Positions 32,851-42,886 are shown, numbered from the stretch's first letter. The stretch is DNA of 64,000 nt from Myxococcota bacterium (GCA_036012755.1 DASCPX010000179.1:78566-142565); one strand, 5' to 3'. Numbers and translations: made by a program. Notes: a model not told the origin generated them from the sequence alone.

Positions 32851-33987
32851 GTGGTGCCCGCGTTCATCACGCAGACCGGAAGCTACCTGCCCGGACCGCC
32901 CCTCGACAATGACGCCATGGAAGCGCGTCTGGGCTTCCTGGATGATCGCTCCCCGCGGATCAAGCGTCGGATCCTCAGGAACAACGGCATCCAGACCCGC
33001 CACTACGCTCTCGATGAAGAGGGCAGGCCAACGGAGAGCAGCGCGAGCATGGCCGCCAAGGCCATCCGCGAGGCCACCCGCGACATCGATCTGACCACGA
33101 TCGACCTGCTCGCCTGCGGCACGAGCATCGTCGAGCACATCGTGCCCGGCCATGCCTCCAGCGTGCACGGAGAGCTTGGGTCCCATCCCTGCGAGATCGT
33201 CACCACTGGCGGTGTCTGCTGCGCGGGAATGACCGCCCTGAAGTACGCGACGATGGCGGTCGGTGGCGGACACGCCAGGCGAGCCGTCGCCAGCGGCAGC
33301 GAACGCACCAGCGCCTTCCTGCGCCAGGCGCACTTCCAGGCGGAGCTTGCAGCGCGCGGCGTCGACGAGGACGAGCCCTATGTCGGCTTCGACCAGTCCT
33401 TCTTGCGCTGGATGCTCTCCGACGGCGCCGGGGCCATGCTCGTCGAGAACGAGCCCCGTCCCAACGGGCTCTCTCTGCGCGTCGAGTGGATCGAGCTCAC
33501 GAGCTACGCCAACGAGCTCCCCACCTGCATGTACATGGGCGCGGAGCGCACACCATCCGGTGGCCTCACGAGCATGTGGGACCTCGACTCGATGTCCTCG
33601 ACGCTGACGAAGGGGCTGTTGAACCTCCACCAGGACGTGAAGCTGCTCGGCCAGCACGTGGTGGTCGCCGGCGCCAACGCGCTGTTGCGGGCAGCGGAGA
33701 AACACGGCCTCGCCCCCTCCGATGTCGACTACCTGCTGCCTCACTACAGCTCCGAGTTCTTCCGCGACAAGACCCACGCGCAGCTCGACAGCGTCGGCTT
33801 CCCGATCCCCACCTCGAAGTGGCGGAGCAACCTGGTAGAGCGCGGAAACACAGGCTGCGCGAGCATCTTCGTGATGCTCGACGACTTCCTCCGATCAGGC
33901 GAGCTCCAGCCGGGCCAGACCGTGTTGTTGCTGGTGCCGGAGAGCGGGCGCTTCTCCGCTGCCTGGGCGCTGCTCAGGGCCCAATGA
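32851..33987 (+). CDS. KAS III (FabH)-like condensing enzyme, DarB-like
   Basis: GGVCCAGMTAL (Cys), LLPHYSS (His) and RGNTGCASIF (Asn) make up a FabH-type triad. Confidence 0.75.
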   Translation: MVPAFITQTGSYLPGPPLDNDAMEARLGFLDDRSPRIKRRILRNNGIQTRHYALDEEGRPTESSASMAAKAIREATRDIDLTTIDLLACGTSIVEHIVPGHASSVHGELGSHPCEIVTTGGVCCAGMTALKYATMAVGGGHARRAVASGSERTSAFLRQAHFQAELAARGVDEDEPYVGFDQSFLRWMLSDGAGAMLVENEPRPNGLSLRVEWIELTSYANELPTCMYMGAERTPSGGLTSMWDLDSMSSTLTKGLLNLHQDVKLLGQHVVVAGANALLRAAEKHGLAPSDVDYLLPHYSSEFFRDKTHAQLDSVGFPIPTSKWRSNLVERGNTGCASIFVMLDDFLRSGELQPGQTVLLLVPESGRFSAAWALLRAQ

Positions 33988-34391
33988 AGTCCGACGACGT
34001 GCCCCAGGACCCGGGCGCCTGCTACGAGGGGCAGCTCCGCCGGCTGACCTACGCCGTCGGCGAGGACGGCACCTACAAGGGAGTCCCGAGCATCGGATGG
34101 GAGGCCGAGATCGCTGCGACACAGGTGGCGACCGAGCGGGCCAACGCGCGCATCCAGAAGGCCTGGGAGGCGGCGCGCGAGGGCCGGACCTCCACTCTCG
34201 GCTACCACATGGTGGCGGCCCAGATGGACCTGATGCTCCTGTCCAACGAGACGGGGCTGTGGCGCTGGCGCATCAAGCGTCACCTTCGCAGCCTGCCCGC
34301 CTCGATCGACCTGCACTCCCGCTACGCAGACGCGCTGGGCTTGAGCGTCGAGGCTCTTGGGGGCCTACCCGAGACCCCAGAGCTGCTTTGA
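33984..34391 (+). CDS. Hypothetical protein with an HTH-like C-terminal half
   Basis: ATGA overlap with the DarB-like gene. The segment MDLMLLSNETGLWRWRIKRHL...YADALGLSVEAL resembles XRE-type HTH spacing. Confidence 0.5.
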   Translation: MKSDDVPQDPGACYEGQLRRLTYAVGEDGTYKGVPSIGWEAEIAATQVATERANARIQKAWEAAREGRTSTLGYHMVAAQMDLMLLSNETGLWRWRIKRHLRSLPASIDLHSRYADALGLSVEALGGLPETPELL

Positions 34392-35410
34392 GCTTCGAGC
34401 ACCTCCACGCCGGACACTGCGAGTCCGGGGTCACCGCCGCGCTCCTGCGTCACCGGGGCCTCGCGCTCTCAGAGCCCATGCTCTTCGGCATCGGCAGCGG
34501 CATCTTCTTCGCCCACTTCAGCTTCTCGAGGGTGATGGGCCAGCCGCTGACGACCTTTCGGAGCTTCCCTGGCGCCATCTTCAAGAAGGCCTGCAAGCGC
34601 CTGGGTGTCGGCATCGAGCGAGCGACCTTCAGAGACCGCCGGGCGGGCGCCTCGGCGCTGGATGCGGCGCTGGTGAAGGGCACGCCGGTGGGGCTGCAGG
34701 TGAACATCTACTGGCTGCCCTACATCCCCGGACCGATGCGGGTCCACTTCAACGGCCACAACCTCATCGTGCTCGAGAAGACAGGCGACACCTACCTCAT
34801 CAGCGATCCGGTGATGGAGGAGGTCCACGAGTGCCCGGAGTCAGCGCTGGTCCGGGCCCGCTTCAGCGGGACCAACGCCCTGTTGGGCAGCGGCTTGATG
34901 TACTACCCGACCCACATCGACCCCGAGCCCGACCTCCGCCGAGCCACGGAACAGGGCCTGGCCGAGGTCTGCACGCGCATGCGCAGGATCCCCTTCATCC
35001 TTCCCTGGTTCGGTGTGCGCGGTGTCCGTCACCTCGCAGGCCAGCTCGAGGCCTGGCCGCGGCGCCTCGGCGAAGAGGATGCGCGCGAGTGGCTGGCGGG
35101 ACTGGTGCGGATGCAGGAAGAGATCGGCACCGGGGGCGCGGGCTTCCGCTACCTCTTCGCGGCCTTCCTGCAGGAGGCCGGCGAGCTCCTGTCGTGGTCG
35201 GCGCTGTCAGCCATGTCCGATCAGGCCACCGACCTCGGCGACCAGTGGCGACGCTTCGCGCTGCACGCCTCGCGAAGGGCCCGCGGCAAGCCCGACAAGG
35301 AGTGGTCGGAGCTCGCCGAGCTGCTGCTTGCGCTGGCGGAGGCCGAGGACCGCCTCTTCGCGGACCTCGACGCCGTGAGGGTGGCAGGGGCGCCTCAGCT
35401 CACTGGCTAG
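34388..35410 (+). CDS. BtrH_N/DUF4872-like protein (putative ACP-dependent acyltransferase, Cys-protease fold)
   Basis: TTG at 34388 overlaps the upstream stop (TTGA). HLHAGHCESGVTAALLRHRGLALSEPMLFGIGSG matches the BtrH N-terminal pattern. Confidence 0.6.
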   Translation: MSFEHLHAGHCESGVTAALLRHRGLALSEPMLFGIGSGIFFAHFSFSRVMGQPLTTFRSFPGAIFKKACKRLGVGIERATFRDRRAGASALDAALVKGTPVGLQVNIYWLPYIPGPMRVHFNGHNLIVLEKTGDTYLISDPVMEEVHECPESALVRARFSGTNALLGSGLMYYPTHIDPEPDLRRATEQGLAEVCTRMRRIPFILPWFGVRGVRHLAGQLEAWPRRLGEEDAREWLAGLVRMQEEIGTGGAGFRYLFAAFLQEAGELLSWSALSAMSDQATDLGDQWRRFALHASRRARGKPDKEWSELAELLLALAEAEDRLFADLDAVRVAGAPQLTG

Positions 35411-36231
35411 CTCCCGAAGACGCCCACCTGGTGGCCGGAGACACCACCGACGCCGTCGAACATCATCGTGCCGGCAGCGTAGGGCGTGCCGCGGATGGAG
35501 ACGTCCTCGTAGACCTCTGCGCGGACCAGGCCGCCGTCGCTGCGGAGGTCGACCTTCGTGCCCCTGGGCAACAGCACGTCACCGGGGAAGCGATTGCCCC
35601 GGGCCAGGGTGCAGCTGGCGACGTTGCCGTTGTCGTGGAGCAGGGCAGCGGAGAGGCAGGGCACCCCCGCGACGGTGACGGACTCCGCGGGAGAGGCGAG
35701 GTCGCCGAGCACGACCTCCGCCAGGTTGCCGTTTTCGTGGAAGGTCGCCCGAGCGCCTCTGCGCAAGCTGAAGTCACCGACGCCGTAGGGCTCGGACAGG
35801 ACACAGCTCCACCGCCCGTCGGCGTGGGCCTCTGCGGTCTTGGCCTCCCTGCACGGCACGCCCCGGATGAACATGTTGGCAGCCAGGATGACGCGCACGC
35901 CGGTGACAGCGCCGCTGGCTTCGTGGACGATGGACTCTCGCGAGCCGAAGTCGAGCGCCTCGAGCTCGTCGAGGGGGGGCAAGAGCACGACCTCCTCGCC
36001 AGCTTCGGCCACCTCGCCGCCGTCTTGTCCGCTGCCGTCCTCGTCGAGTTCGAGCTCGTCGGGGGTCCAGACCTCCTCGTAGTCCACGTCGGGGTCAAAG
36101 ACGCGCATTTGCGGGACGCCGAGCGGATCGCCCTCCTCGGCCGGTGGTGCAGCCCCCTCGGCGAGGGGGTCGGACGCGGCGGACTCGGTGTCGGAGCCGC
36201 AGGCGAAGGCCAGGAGGAGAGTGAGGACCAT
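35407..36231 (-). CDS. Lipoprotein with MORN-variant-like repeats
   Basis: N-terminus MVLTLLLAFACGSD. FHENGNLAEVVL and LHDNGNVASCTL are repeats. Confidence 0.6.
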   Translation of the reverse strand: MVLTLLLAFACGSDTESAASDPLAEGAAPPAEEGDPLGVPQMRVFDPDVDYEEVWTPDELELDEDGSGQDGGEVAEAGEEVVLLPPLDELEALDFGSRESIVHEASGAVTGVRVILAANMFIRGVPCREAKTAEAHADGRWSCVLSEPYGVGDFSLRRGARATFHENGNLAEVVLGDLASPAESVTVAGVPCLSAALLHDNGNVASCTLARGNRFPGDVLLPRGTKVDLRSDGGLVRAEVYEDVSIRGTPYAAGTMMFDGVGGVSGHQVGVFGS

Positions 36232-36258
36232 GTCCAGAGCCTACCTGCCCCGAGACCG

Positions 36259-36996
36259 CTACCGCACGCGCCGTTGTATGAGCATCCAGGATCGCTCGAC
36301 GGCCATGACGAACTTGCGGAGCCTCTCTCTCTCCAGATCTCCGCCCTGGAGGATCTCGAATCCGTGCACGTCTCCGTGCACTGCAAGGCAGTGGACCGCG
36401 ACGAGGACGCTCTGTTCTTCGTACCGGATCTGCAGGGAGCCCTCTGCCCCGACTGCAAGAGGATTCCCCAGCAACTGCACGCCGACGCCACCCAGGGAGA
36501 GGTCGAGCAGGGTGCCCGCGCGAGGGCCGTCGACGTCCAGTTCGATCTCTACGCCGAGACCTTTGACCGGGATACGGAAGGCGCGCCGGGCCTGGACCAC
36601 CAGGAAGCGCTCGGGCTTATCGAGCATGAGGACGGGGCCGGGGCCGCTGGGCTCGACGCTGTGGACCCGGGCGTGAAACGCCACCGAGCGCCCATCGCGA
36701 ATGAGCTGAACCAGGACGAGGTGGCCCTGGGCCGGCCGATCCGCGAGCGAGTGTGCCTGGACGGTGACGCTGAGGTGGCGCTCGCCCAGCGCGGAGAGGC
36801 GACCGGGGACCACGCTCGGAGGATCGCCGAGCAACATGAGGACGGCGTCGCCCTCGACGACAGCATCCGAGAGCAGGTCCTCGCCAGTGGGCTCACGGCT
36901 TCTCCGGGTGGCTGGCCGTCTCGCGGCTGGCTTGCTGCCGAACATGATCTCTCCGGACTCACCCATCTCATCGGCTTCGGCGGTCCGAAACTTCAT
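36259..36996 (-). CDS. PilZ-domain protein (c-di-GMP receptor type)
   Basis: QARRAFRIPV is the RxxxR motif and DLSLGGVGV is the D/NxSxxG motif. Confidence 0.7.
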   Translation of the reverse strand: MKFRTAEADEMGESGEIMFGSKPAARRPATRRSREPTGEDLLSDAVVEGDAVLMLLGDPPSVVPGRLSALGERHLSVTVQAHSLADRPAQGHLVLVQLIRDGRSVAFHARVHSVEPSGPGPVLMLDKPERFLVVQARRAFRIPVKGLGVEIELDVDGPRAGTLLDLSLGGVGVQLLGNPLAVGAEGSLQIRYEEQSVLVAVHCLAVHGDVHGFEILQGGDLERERLRKFVMAVERSWMLIQRRVR

Positions 36997-37078
36997 GATT
37001 TCATGTGGCCGAATCCATGGCTCGATCCAATCAGAGCGCTCCGATCATGGAGGTTGATCAGCGAGATAGGGGTTCCTC

Positions 37079-37969
37079 GTGCGCGACCGACTCGCCGCCG
37101 CGGCCTCACGACGTGAGGTCCTCGATCTGTCCGGGACCACGGCGTGGCGCCTCTTCCACGGCGTCGCCGAGGGACGCCCCAATCTGGCCGTGGATCGCTA
37201 CGGAGGGGGCCTGATCGCCTGGATGCAGGACGAGGTCGACCGTGCGGAGCGAGAGGCCATCGACGAGCTGGGGGAGGTGACCTGGGTGCGCCGAGGCACG
37301 CCCTTGTCCACCCTCCCCTTCGAGGAGTTGGGCATGCGGTGGCCCGCGGCCTCGCTCGGCCAGGATCCACCGCTGTTCCTGGATCTCCGAGCAGGGCGTC
37401 GCTGGCTGCAGGAGCACGCCCGGGGGCGGGTGCTCAACGCCTTCGCCTATGCGGGCGGGAGTGGGCTGAGCTGTGTGCAGGCAGAGACGGTGGTCAACCT
37501 CGACCACAGCGCCCGCTACCTCGACTTCGCCACAGAGGTCGCCGAGCACAACGGGCGCCAGGTCGAGTGCATCCGCGAGGACTACTTCGCCGCCGTGCGC
37601 CAGTGGGGAGGGCTGAAGCTGCGCGGACGCGGCGCCCGACGGCGCTGGAAGAGACGCGACCAACGTCGCTTCGACCTCGTCGTGCTCGACCCGCCGACCT
37701 TTGCGAAGAGCCCACTGGGCGCGGTCGACCTCCTCCGGGACTACCCGAGCCTGCTCAAGCCAGCGCTCTGTTGTCTCACCGCCGGGGGGTCCGTGCTCGC
37801 CACGAACCACGCGGCGAAGATCGACCTCGAAGACTGGCTCGGGATCTGCCGCCGCTGTGCAGACAAGGCAGGCCGCCCGATCCGGGACATCGAGGTGATC
37901 GTGCCGGAGGCCGACTTCCCGAGCTTCGACGGCAGGCCGCCGCTGAAGATCGCGGTGTTCCGGACCTAG
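37079..37969 (+). CDS. Class I SAM-dependent methyltransferase, RlmI/RlmK-like
   Basis: [26 protein letters not shown] and the N-terminal [17 protein letters not shown]. Confidence 0.75.
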   Translation: MRDRLAAAASRREVLDLSGTTAWRLFHGVAEGRPNLAVDRYGGGLIAWMQDEVDRAEREAIDELGEVTWVRRGTPLSTLPFEELGMRWPAASLGQDPPLFLDLRAGRRWLQEHARGRVLNAFAYAGGSGLSCVQAETVVNLDHSARYLDFATEVAEHNGRQVECIREDYFAAVRQWGGLKLRGRGARRRWKRRDQRRFDLVVLDPPTFAKSPLGAVDLLRDYPSLLKPALCCLTAGGSVLATNHAAKIDLEDWLGICRRCADKAGRPIRDIEVIVPEADFPSFDGRPPLKIAVFRT

Positions 37970-38367
37970 ATGCCGAAGAAGGCCTCCAGGCGGCCGCGGA
38001 TCTGGTCGCGAGCCGTGCGGAAGCGGCGGAACTGCCGCCCGACCGGCTCGTCAGGGTAGCCAGCGGGGTCGTCGATGGGCCAGTGATCCCGCTGCACGCC
38101 AGGGGGCAGGACCGGGCAGTGCTCCTCGCCGCAGAGCGTGATCACCAGGTCGATCTCGTCGAGGTCGATGGCGTCGATGCCCTTGGCCGCGTGGCTGCGA
38201 ATGTCGACACCAAGCTCGTCGAGGACGATGATGGCGCGCTCGCGGACACGCGTGGGCTCGCTGCCGGCGCTCCATACGCGCGTGCCCTCCGGTGCCATCC
38301 AGCGGGCCAGGCCCTCGGCCATCTGGCTGCGGGCGCTGTTGGCGACACAGAGAAAGAGGATGTTCAT
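37966..38367 (-). CDS. arsC: Arsenate reductase / LMW protein-tyrosine-phosphatase family
   Basis: [17 protein letters not shown] is the CX5R P-loop. Downstream Cys pair in LCGEEHC. Confidence 0.8.
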   Translation of the reverse strand: MNILFLCVANSARSQMAEGLARWMAPEGTRVWSAGSEPTRVRERAIIVLDELGVDIRSHAAKGIDAIDLDEIDLVITLCGEEHCPVLPPGVQRDHWPIDDPAGYPDEPVGRQFRRFRTARDQIRGRLEAFFGI

Positions 38368-38473
38368 GGACCCGGGTTATCGCGTCGGCACTGGAAGGTG
38401 AGCGCTGACCGACGAGCTGCCGAAGCTGGACGCCAGGCGGCTGCTGAGGAAGCTGGCGATCGGGCTGGTCCTC

Positions 38474-38986
38474 TTGATGGTCGCGCTCGGCGTCACCAGC
38501 AAGCTCTTCCACGCAGAGCTCGTGAGCTTCGGCGAAGCCTTCGTCGGGCGCTTCGGCGGCCTCGGCGTGGCGTTCGGCTTCTTCTACCCGGACATGATCC
38601 CCGTCCCTGGCGTCCACGAGGCCTTCTCCGCCTTCGGACTTCTCGGCGGCATGCCCTTCTGGGAGGTCGTGGCCTGGGCCTTCGCCGGTTCGATCACCGG
38701 CGGGACCATCGGCTTCTTCCTCGGACGCAGCCTGCGCACCACCGAGCGCCTCTCGCGCTTCCTGCAAGAGGGCCGAGGCCGCTACGTCCATGGCCTCGTG
38801 CAGCGCTACGGCACCTGGGCGCTGGCGCTGGTGGCCGTCTCACCGATCCCCTACTCGATCGGCTGCTGGTCCTGCGGCGCCCTGGACTACCCCCTCTGGA
38901 AGTTCCTCGCCGTCTCGCTCTTGCGCATCCCGCGCATCGCCTTCTACCTGTGGCTCATCCAGATGGGCTTCCTCGTCGCCACCTGA
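38474..38986 (+). CDS. VTT/DedA (YqaA-like) membrane protein; true start probably upstream and non-canonical
   Basis: GGTIGFFLGRSL and SPIPYSIGCWSCGAL motifs. The first TM helix (RKLAIGLVLLMVALGV) begins before the first TTG/ATG. Confidence 0.5.
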   Translation: MMVALGVTSKLFHAELVSFGEAFVGRFGGLGVAFGFFYPDMIPVPGVHEAFSAFGLLGGMPFWEVVAWAFAGSITGGTIGFFLGRSLRTTERLSRFLQEGRGRYVHGLVQRYGTWALALVAVSPIPYSIGCWSCGALDYPLWKFLAVSLLRIPRIAFYLWLIQMGFLVAT

Positions 38987-40243
38987 TCAGGCGTTCTGGG
39001 CCAGGAACTCCACGACCAGCGGGTCCCCCTCGAAGTGGCGGTCCTCTGAGAGCCGCCGTCGGACTCCCATGTCGAGCTGTCGCCAGACGGTCTCGGGTAT
39101 GCCCGAGCCCTTCCACCAGCAGCGGAACTCGTCGGCGAGGCTGTCGCGCAACAGATCGACGTCGCCCCTGTGGAGCAGCTGGTCGTCGGGGCCGAGGGCG
39201 CGCACGCCCCGGAGCTCGCCGACCTCGCCGTCGTGGGCCTTGACCCAGCGCTTTCCGGCGCGAGCGCTGCGGAAGTCGAGGCTCTCGACCCCCGAGATCC
39301 CAATGCGTTCGAGGTCCCCCGCGAGCTGCGCGTGCATCACCCGCCGCAGGTCGGGACCTGCCTTCGCCAGTCCGCCACCACGATCCGTCGAGTGCGGCGG
39401 CGGGTCACCGCGGGGGTAGACCCCTGGCCTGTCGGTGGGCTCTACATCCGGCTCCACGCCGTCGAGGGCGTCCTCGAAGGTGGCTCCGGGGACGAAACCC
39501 ACTGAGCTCCGCGTCGTCTCGGGCGCAACCGACACGTCACCCGGAGGCAGCGCCGCGAAGCGCGTCTTCCTCCAGCCCGAGCCCTGGCGCCGCGAAGCCA
39601 CGAGGCGCTCCATCTCCTCGCCCGTGTAGACCCTCGGACCGCCCACCGCGCAGGACCGGCCGACCTCGAAGCGGTCGAGGTAGGCCAGAGCCACCTTCGC
39701 GACGTCGGCCCGGTGCATCGGCGAGTAGCGACTGGCCACATCGAAGCCATGCGGACGGGCCCCATCCGGAGGGACGACGTGGCCCTCGATGACCTCGTCG
39801 TGGGTGCAGCTGACCCGTACGATGGCCCAGGGGGCCGCGCAGTTGCGCACTCCGCCCTCGACGTAGAAGGCCCGCCGGTTGAGCCGCGCGTAGGACCACC
39901 GATAGGCCCCCATGACGCTGAGGTGCAGGATTCGCTCGGCCCCAGCTTCGTGAGCAGCCCGGACGATGTTCTCTGCGGCGATGCCAGCGTAGATGACCGA
40001 GCCCGGGCCGCTGGTCCGCGCGTCGATGCAGCTGATGACCTCTGATGCCCCGTCCATGACAGCGCGAAGGGCGTCGATGTGTCGAGGATCGGCGTAGGCG
40101 ACATCCTGGACATCCGCGAAGCCATGGAGATTGTCGAGGTCGCGGTCGTCGCGTACGACGGGGCGGACGGGGCGTCCGCGGGCCATCGCAAGGCGGAGGA
40201 TCTCGCTCCCTGTGCGCCCGTTGGCGCCGACGACTACGAGCAT
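38987..40243 (-). CDS. NAD(P)-binding (NmrA/SDR-like) protein with an extra C-terminal domain
   Basis: MLVVVGANGRTGSEILR is a GxxGxxG Rossmann start. 418 aa. Confidence 0.65.
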   Translation of the reverse strand: MLVVVGANGRTGSEILRLAMARGRPVRPVVRDDRDLDNLHGFADVQDVAYADPRHIDALRAVMDGASEVISCIDARTSGPGSVIYAGIAAENIVRAAHEAGAERILHLSVMGAYRWSYARLNRRAFYVEGGVRNCAAPWAIVRVSCTHDEVIEGHVVPPDGARPHGFDVASRYSPMHRADVAKVALAYLDRFEVGRSCAVGGPRVYTGEEMERLVASRRQGSGWRKTRFAALPPGDVSVAPETTRSSVGFVPGATFEDALDGVEPDVEPTDRPGVYPRGDPPPHSTDRGGGLAKAGPDLRRVMHAQLAGDLERIGISGVESLDFRSARAGKRWVKAHDGEVGELRGVRALGPDDQLLHRGDVDLLRDSLADEFRCWWKGSGIPETVWRQLDMGVRRRLSEDRHFEGDPLVVEFLAQNA

Positions 40244-40301
40244 GCCGGCATCCTACAGCCCGCAACGAAAACTGCTTGCGCCCACTATGCTCAGGGAGCC
40301 A

Positions 40302-41831
40302 ATGCGTCGCCTGAAGGTCGCCATCATCAGCCTCTACGCCCTGGAGAACAACGGGGTGCGACACGTCGCCTCGTCGCTCAGAGAGGCGGGCTTCCAGGTG
40401 ACCGAGATCTACTTCAAGGACTGGGTCAACAACCGCTTCCCATGGCCGGCCGAGGTCGAGGTCCAGAACCTCCTGTCGCTGCTGCGAGACCGAGGGATCG
40501 ACGTGGCCGGGATCTCGGTGCGCGCCAGCGCTTTCCACCGGATGGCGAAGTACCTCACCGAGCGGGTGCGCAGTGCCCTCGGGCTCCCGGTCCTGTGGGG
40601 CGGCATGCACCCGACCTTCCTGCCCGAGATGTGCATCGAGATCGCCGACTACATCTCGATCGGGGAGACCGACCAGATCGTGAAGGAGTTCTTCACCCGA
40701 CTCGATGAAGGCGTCTCCGTCCACGACTGCCCGAGCTTCTGGGTTCGCGAGGGCGACACCGTCTACCGCAACGACGTCGCCCCCCTCGTCGAGCTCGACG
40801 ACGTGCCCTTCCGGGACTTCCACACCCGGGACGACAAGTTCCACATCGCGGGCGACAAGGTCTCCGTCGGCGACCCCTTCATCGACAACCCCGAGTACAC
40901 GCTCCTGGCATCACGTGGCTGCCCCTACTGGACCTGCACCTTCTGCAGCAACACGCTCACCAAGCCGCTCTACGAGGGCAAGGGGAAGGGCTACCGCGTC
41001 CGCTCGGTAGAGCACATCATCCAGGAGATGGAGTACGCGACGAAGATCTGCAAGGACATCAAGGTCGTCCGCTTCGACGACGAGGTCTTCCCGATCCGTG
41101 CGGAATGGATCGAGGAGTTCGCCCAGAAGTGGCCTGCCCGCGTGGGCATCCCCTTCGAGGTCCTGGTCGACCCGCGCATGGTCCGCCTCGAGCCGCTGCG
41201 CCTGTTGAAGACCGCCGGGCTGCGGGCTCTCTGCATGGGCATCCAGGCGACCGAGCGGGTGAACCAGGAGTTCTACAACCGCAACACGACGAACCAGCAG
41301 ATCCTGGACGCGCAGGAGGTCTTCCGGTCCGTCGGCGTCACCAGCAACCTGCAGATCATCTGGGACGACCCCTACTCGACCCAGCAGGACAAGGACGACC
41401 TCTTCCATCTGGTCATGGAGCTCCAGCGCCCCTTCGAGCTCTTCCTCTTCGGCCTGACGATCTACCCCAACACCCACATGGCTCGACGCCTGCTGCGCGA
41501 GGGGCGCATCACAGAGGGACACATCGAGGGGGTGAACACCCACGCCTTCGAGCAGTTCCGCGTGGACCTCGACTACCCGCGACCGAAGGAGGACACCCGC
41601 TGGCTGGCGCTCTTCGTCCTCTGCAACAAGAGCTTCCTGCCAAAGGACCTCATCTGGAAGCTCTACACCTCGGAGCGCTTCAAGGCCAACCCCGCGCCGC
41701 TGGTCCAGCTGGCCCAGGCGGTGAACCTCGTCAAGATGGCGGGTGTGGCTGGCGAGATGACGCTGCGAGGCGAGATGACGCCGCTGTTGATCAAGCGCTG
41801 GGTGAACCCCGACTCCCTGGTGACGATGTGA
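40302..41831 (+). CDS. B12-binding-domain radical SAM enzyme (paralog B)
   Basis: GGGAG lies 6 nt before the ATG at 40302. The cluster motif CPYWTCTFC has CX4CX2C spacing. Shares SLY..ENN.VR, YFKDW.NN, VRFDDEVF and RW.NP....TM with paralog A. Confidence 0.8.
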   Translation: MRRLKVAIISLYALENNGVRHVASSLREAGFQVTEIYFKDWVNNRFPWPAEVEVQNLLSLLRDRGIDVAGISVRASAFHRMAKYLTERVRSALGLPVLWGGMHPTFLPEMCIEIADYISIGETDQIVKEFFTRLDEGVSVHDCPSFWVREGDTVYRNDVAPLVELDDVPFRDFHTRDDKFHIAGDKVSVGDPFIDNPEYTLLASRGCPYWTCTFCSNTLTKPLYEGKGKGYRVRSVEHIIQEMEYATKICKDIKVVRFDDEVFPIRAEWIEEFAQKWPARVGIPFEVLVDPRMVRLEPLRLLKTAGLRALCMGIQATERVNQEFYNRNTTNQQILDAQEVFRSVGVTSNLQIIWDDPYSTQQDKDDLFHLVMELQRPFELFLFGLTIYPNTHMARRLLREGRITEGHIEGVNTHAFEQFRVDLDYPRPKEDTRWLALFVLCNKSFLPKDLIWKLYTSERFKANPAPLVQLAQAVNLVKMAGVAGEMTLRGEMTPLLIKRWVNPDSLVTM

Positions 41832-42886
41832 GCCGACCGCTTGCCCGCGCGCGAGCATGGAAGAACATCGCCGTGTCCGCGTCGATGCGGAGGGTGCGCC
41901 CCGAGTGGGTGCCGCCCCCACACGCGGCCCACATCATCACTACCTTCAAGTGCAACCTCAAGTGCATCGGCTGCGGCTCGTGGGAGGTCCGAGACCACGA
42001 GGACCTGACCCTGGACCAGTGGCTCCCGGTCTTCAAGCAGCTCGAGTCCCTGGACATCGTCAAGATCCTCGGCGGCGAGCCCTTCGTGCGAAAGGACATC
42101 GTCGGCCTGCTGGCCGCCGTCCGGGACGAGATCGATCCCTACATCCTCCAGCTCGGCACCAACGGGATGCTGACGGACCGGATCGTCGAGGCACTCGACA
42201 CAGTCGGCTGGCCGGGCCTGCAGCTCCGCATCTCCGTTGACGGCACCGCGGCGGTCCACGACCGGATCCGCGGCGTCGAGGGCAGCTGGGACCAGGTCGA
42301 CCACACGGTGCGAAAGGTCGCCGAGCTGAAACAAAAGCGCGGCTTCCAGTTCGGCATCAACTTCGCGGTGACCGACGACTCGCTCGGCGACTTCGAGGCG
42401 ATGGTGGAGTACGCCGAGAGCGTCGGCGCCGACCTGATCCCGGGGGTGAACGTCGACCCCTTCCTGGTGGGGACCACGCCCCCGGAAATCCGCCAGCAGG
42501 AGATCATCCTCTTGTCCAACGCTGATGAGGGGCTACGACGGATCGAGGACCACCGTGTCGGCACACGGACCGAGCTGCCTCTCGTCGATCACCTGCTGTC
42601 GAGGTTCATGACGAGGCGTACCTTCGAGCGCCAGATCGCCAGGAATGATCGGAGCTTCCCTTGCCGGGAGCTGCGCGACCTGATCTACATGCTGCCCAAC
42701 GGCGACGTGGTGCGCTGTGGCATGGACCACGAACCGGTCGGCAACGTGCTGGAGTCGTCCATCGAGGAGATCTGGTACGGCGATCGGGTAGAGCCCCACC
42801 GCAGGAAGGTCGAGGCCTGCCCTGGCTGCATGCAGGCATCCGTACAGATCATGTCCAGGCTCTACGGTGGCTGTCTCGACGCCTGA
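41828..42886 (+). CDS. Radical SAM enzyme with a SPASM/twitch-type C-terminal Cys cluster
   Basis: FKCNLKCIGCGSW is a CX3CX2C motif. The C-terminus has CRELRD...VVRCG...ACPGCMQ. GTG at 41828 overlaps the upstream stop (alternative ATG at 41885). Confidence 0.75.
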   Translation: MSRPLARARAWKNIAVSASMRRVRPEWVPPPHAAHIITTFKCNLKCIGCGSWEVRDHEDLTLDQWLPVFKQLESLDIVKILGGEPFVRKDIVGLLAAVRDEIDPYILQLGTNGMLTDRIVEALDTVGWPGLQLRISVDGTAAVHDRIRGVEGSWDQVDHTVRKVAELKQKRGFQFGINFAVTDDSLGDFEAMVEYAESVGADLIPGVNVDPFLVGTTPPEIRQQEIILLSNADEGLRRIEDHRVGTRTELPLVDHLLSRFMTRRTFERQIARNDRSFPCRELRDLIYMLPNGDVVRCGMDHEPVGNVLESSIEEIWYGDRVEPHRRKVEACPGCMQASVQIMSRLYGGCLDA

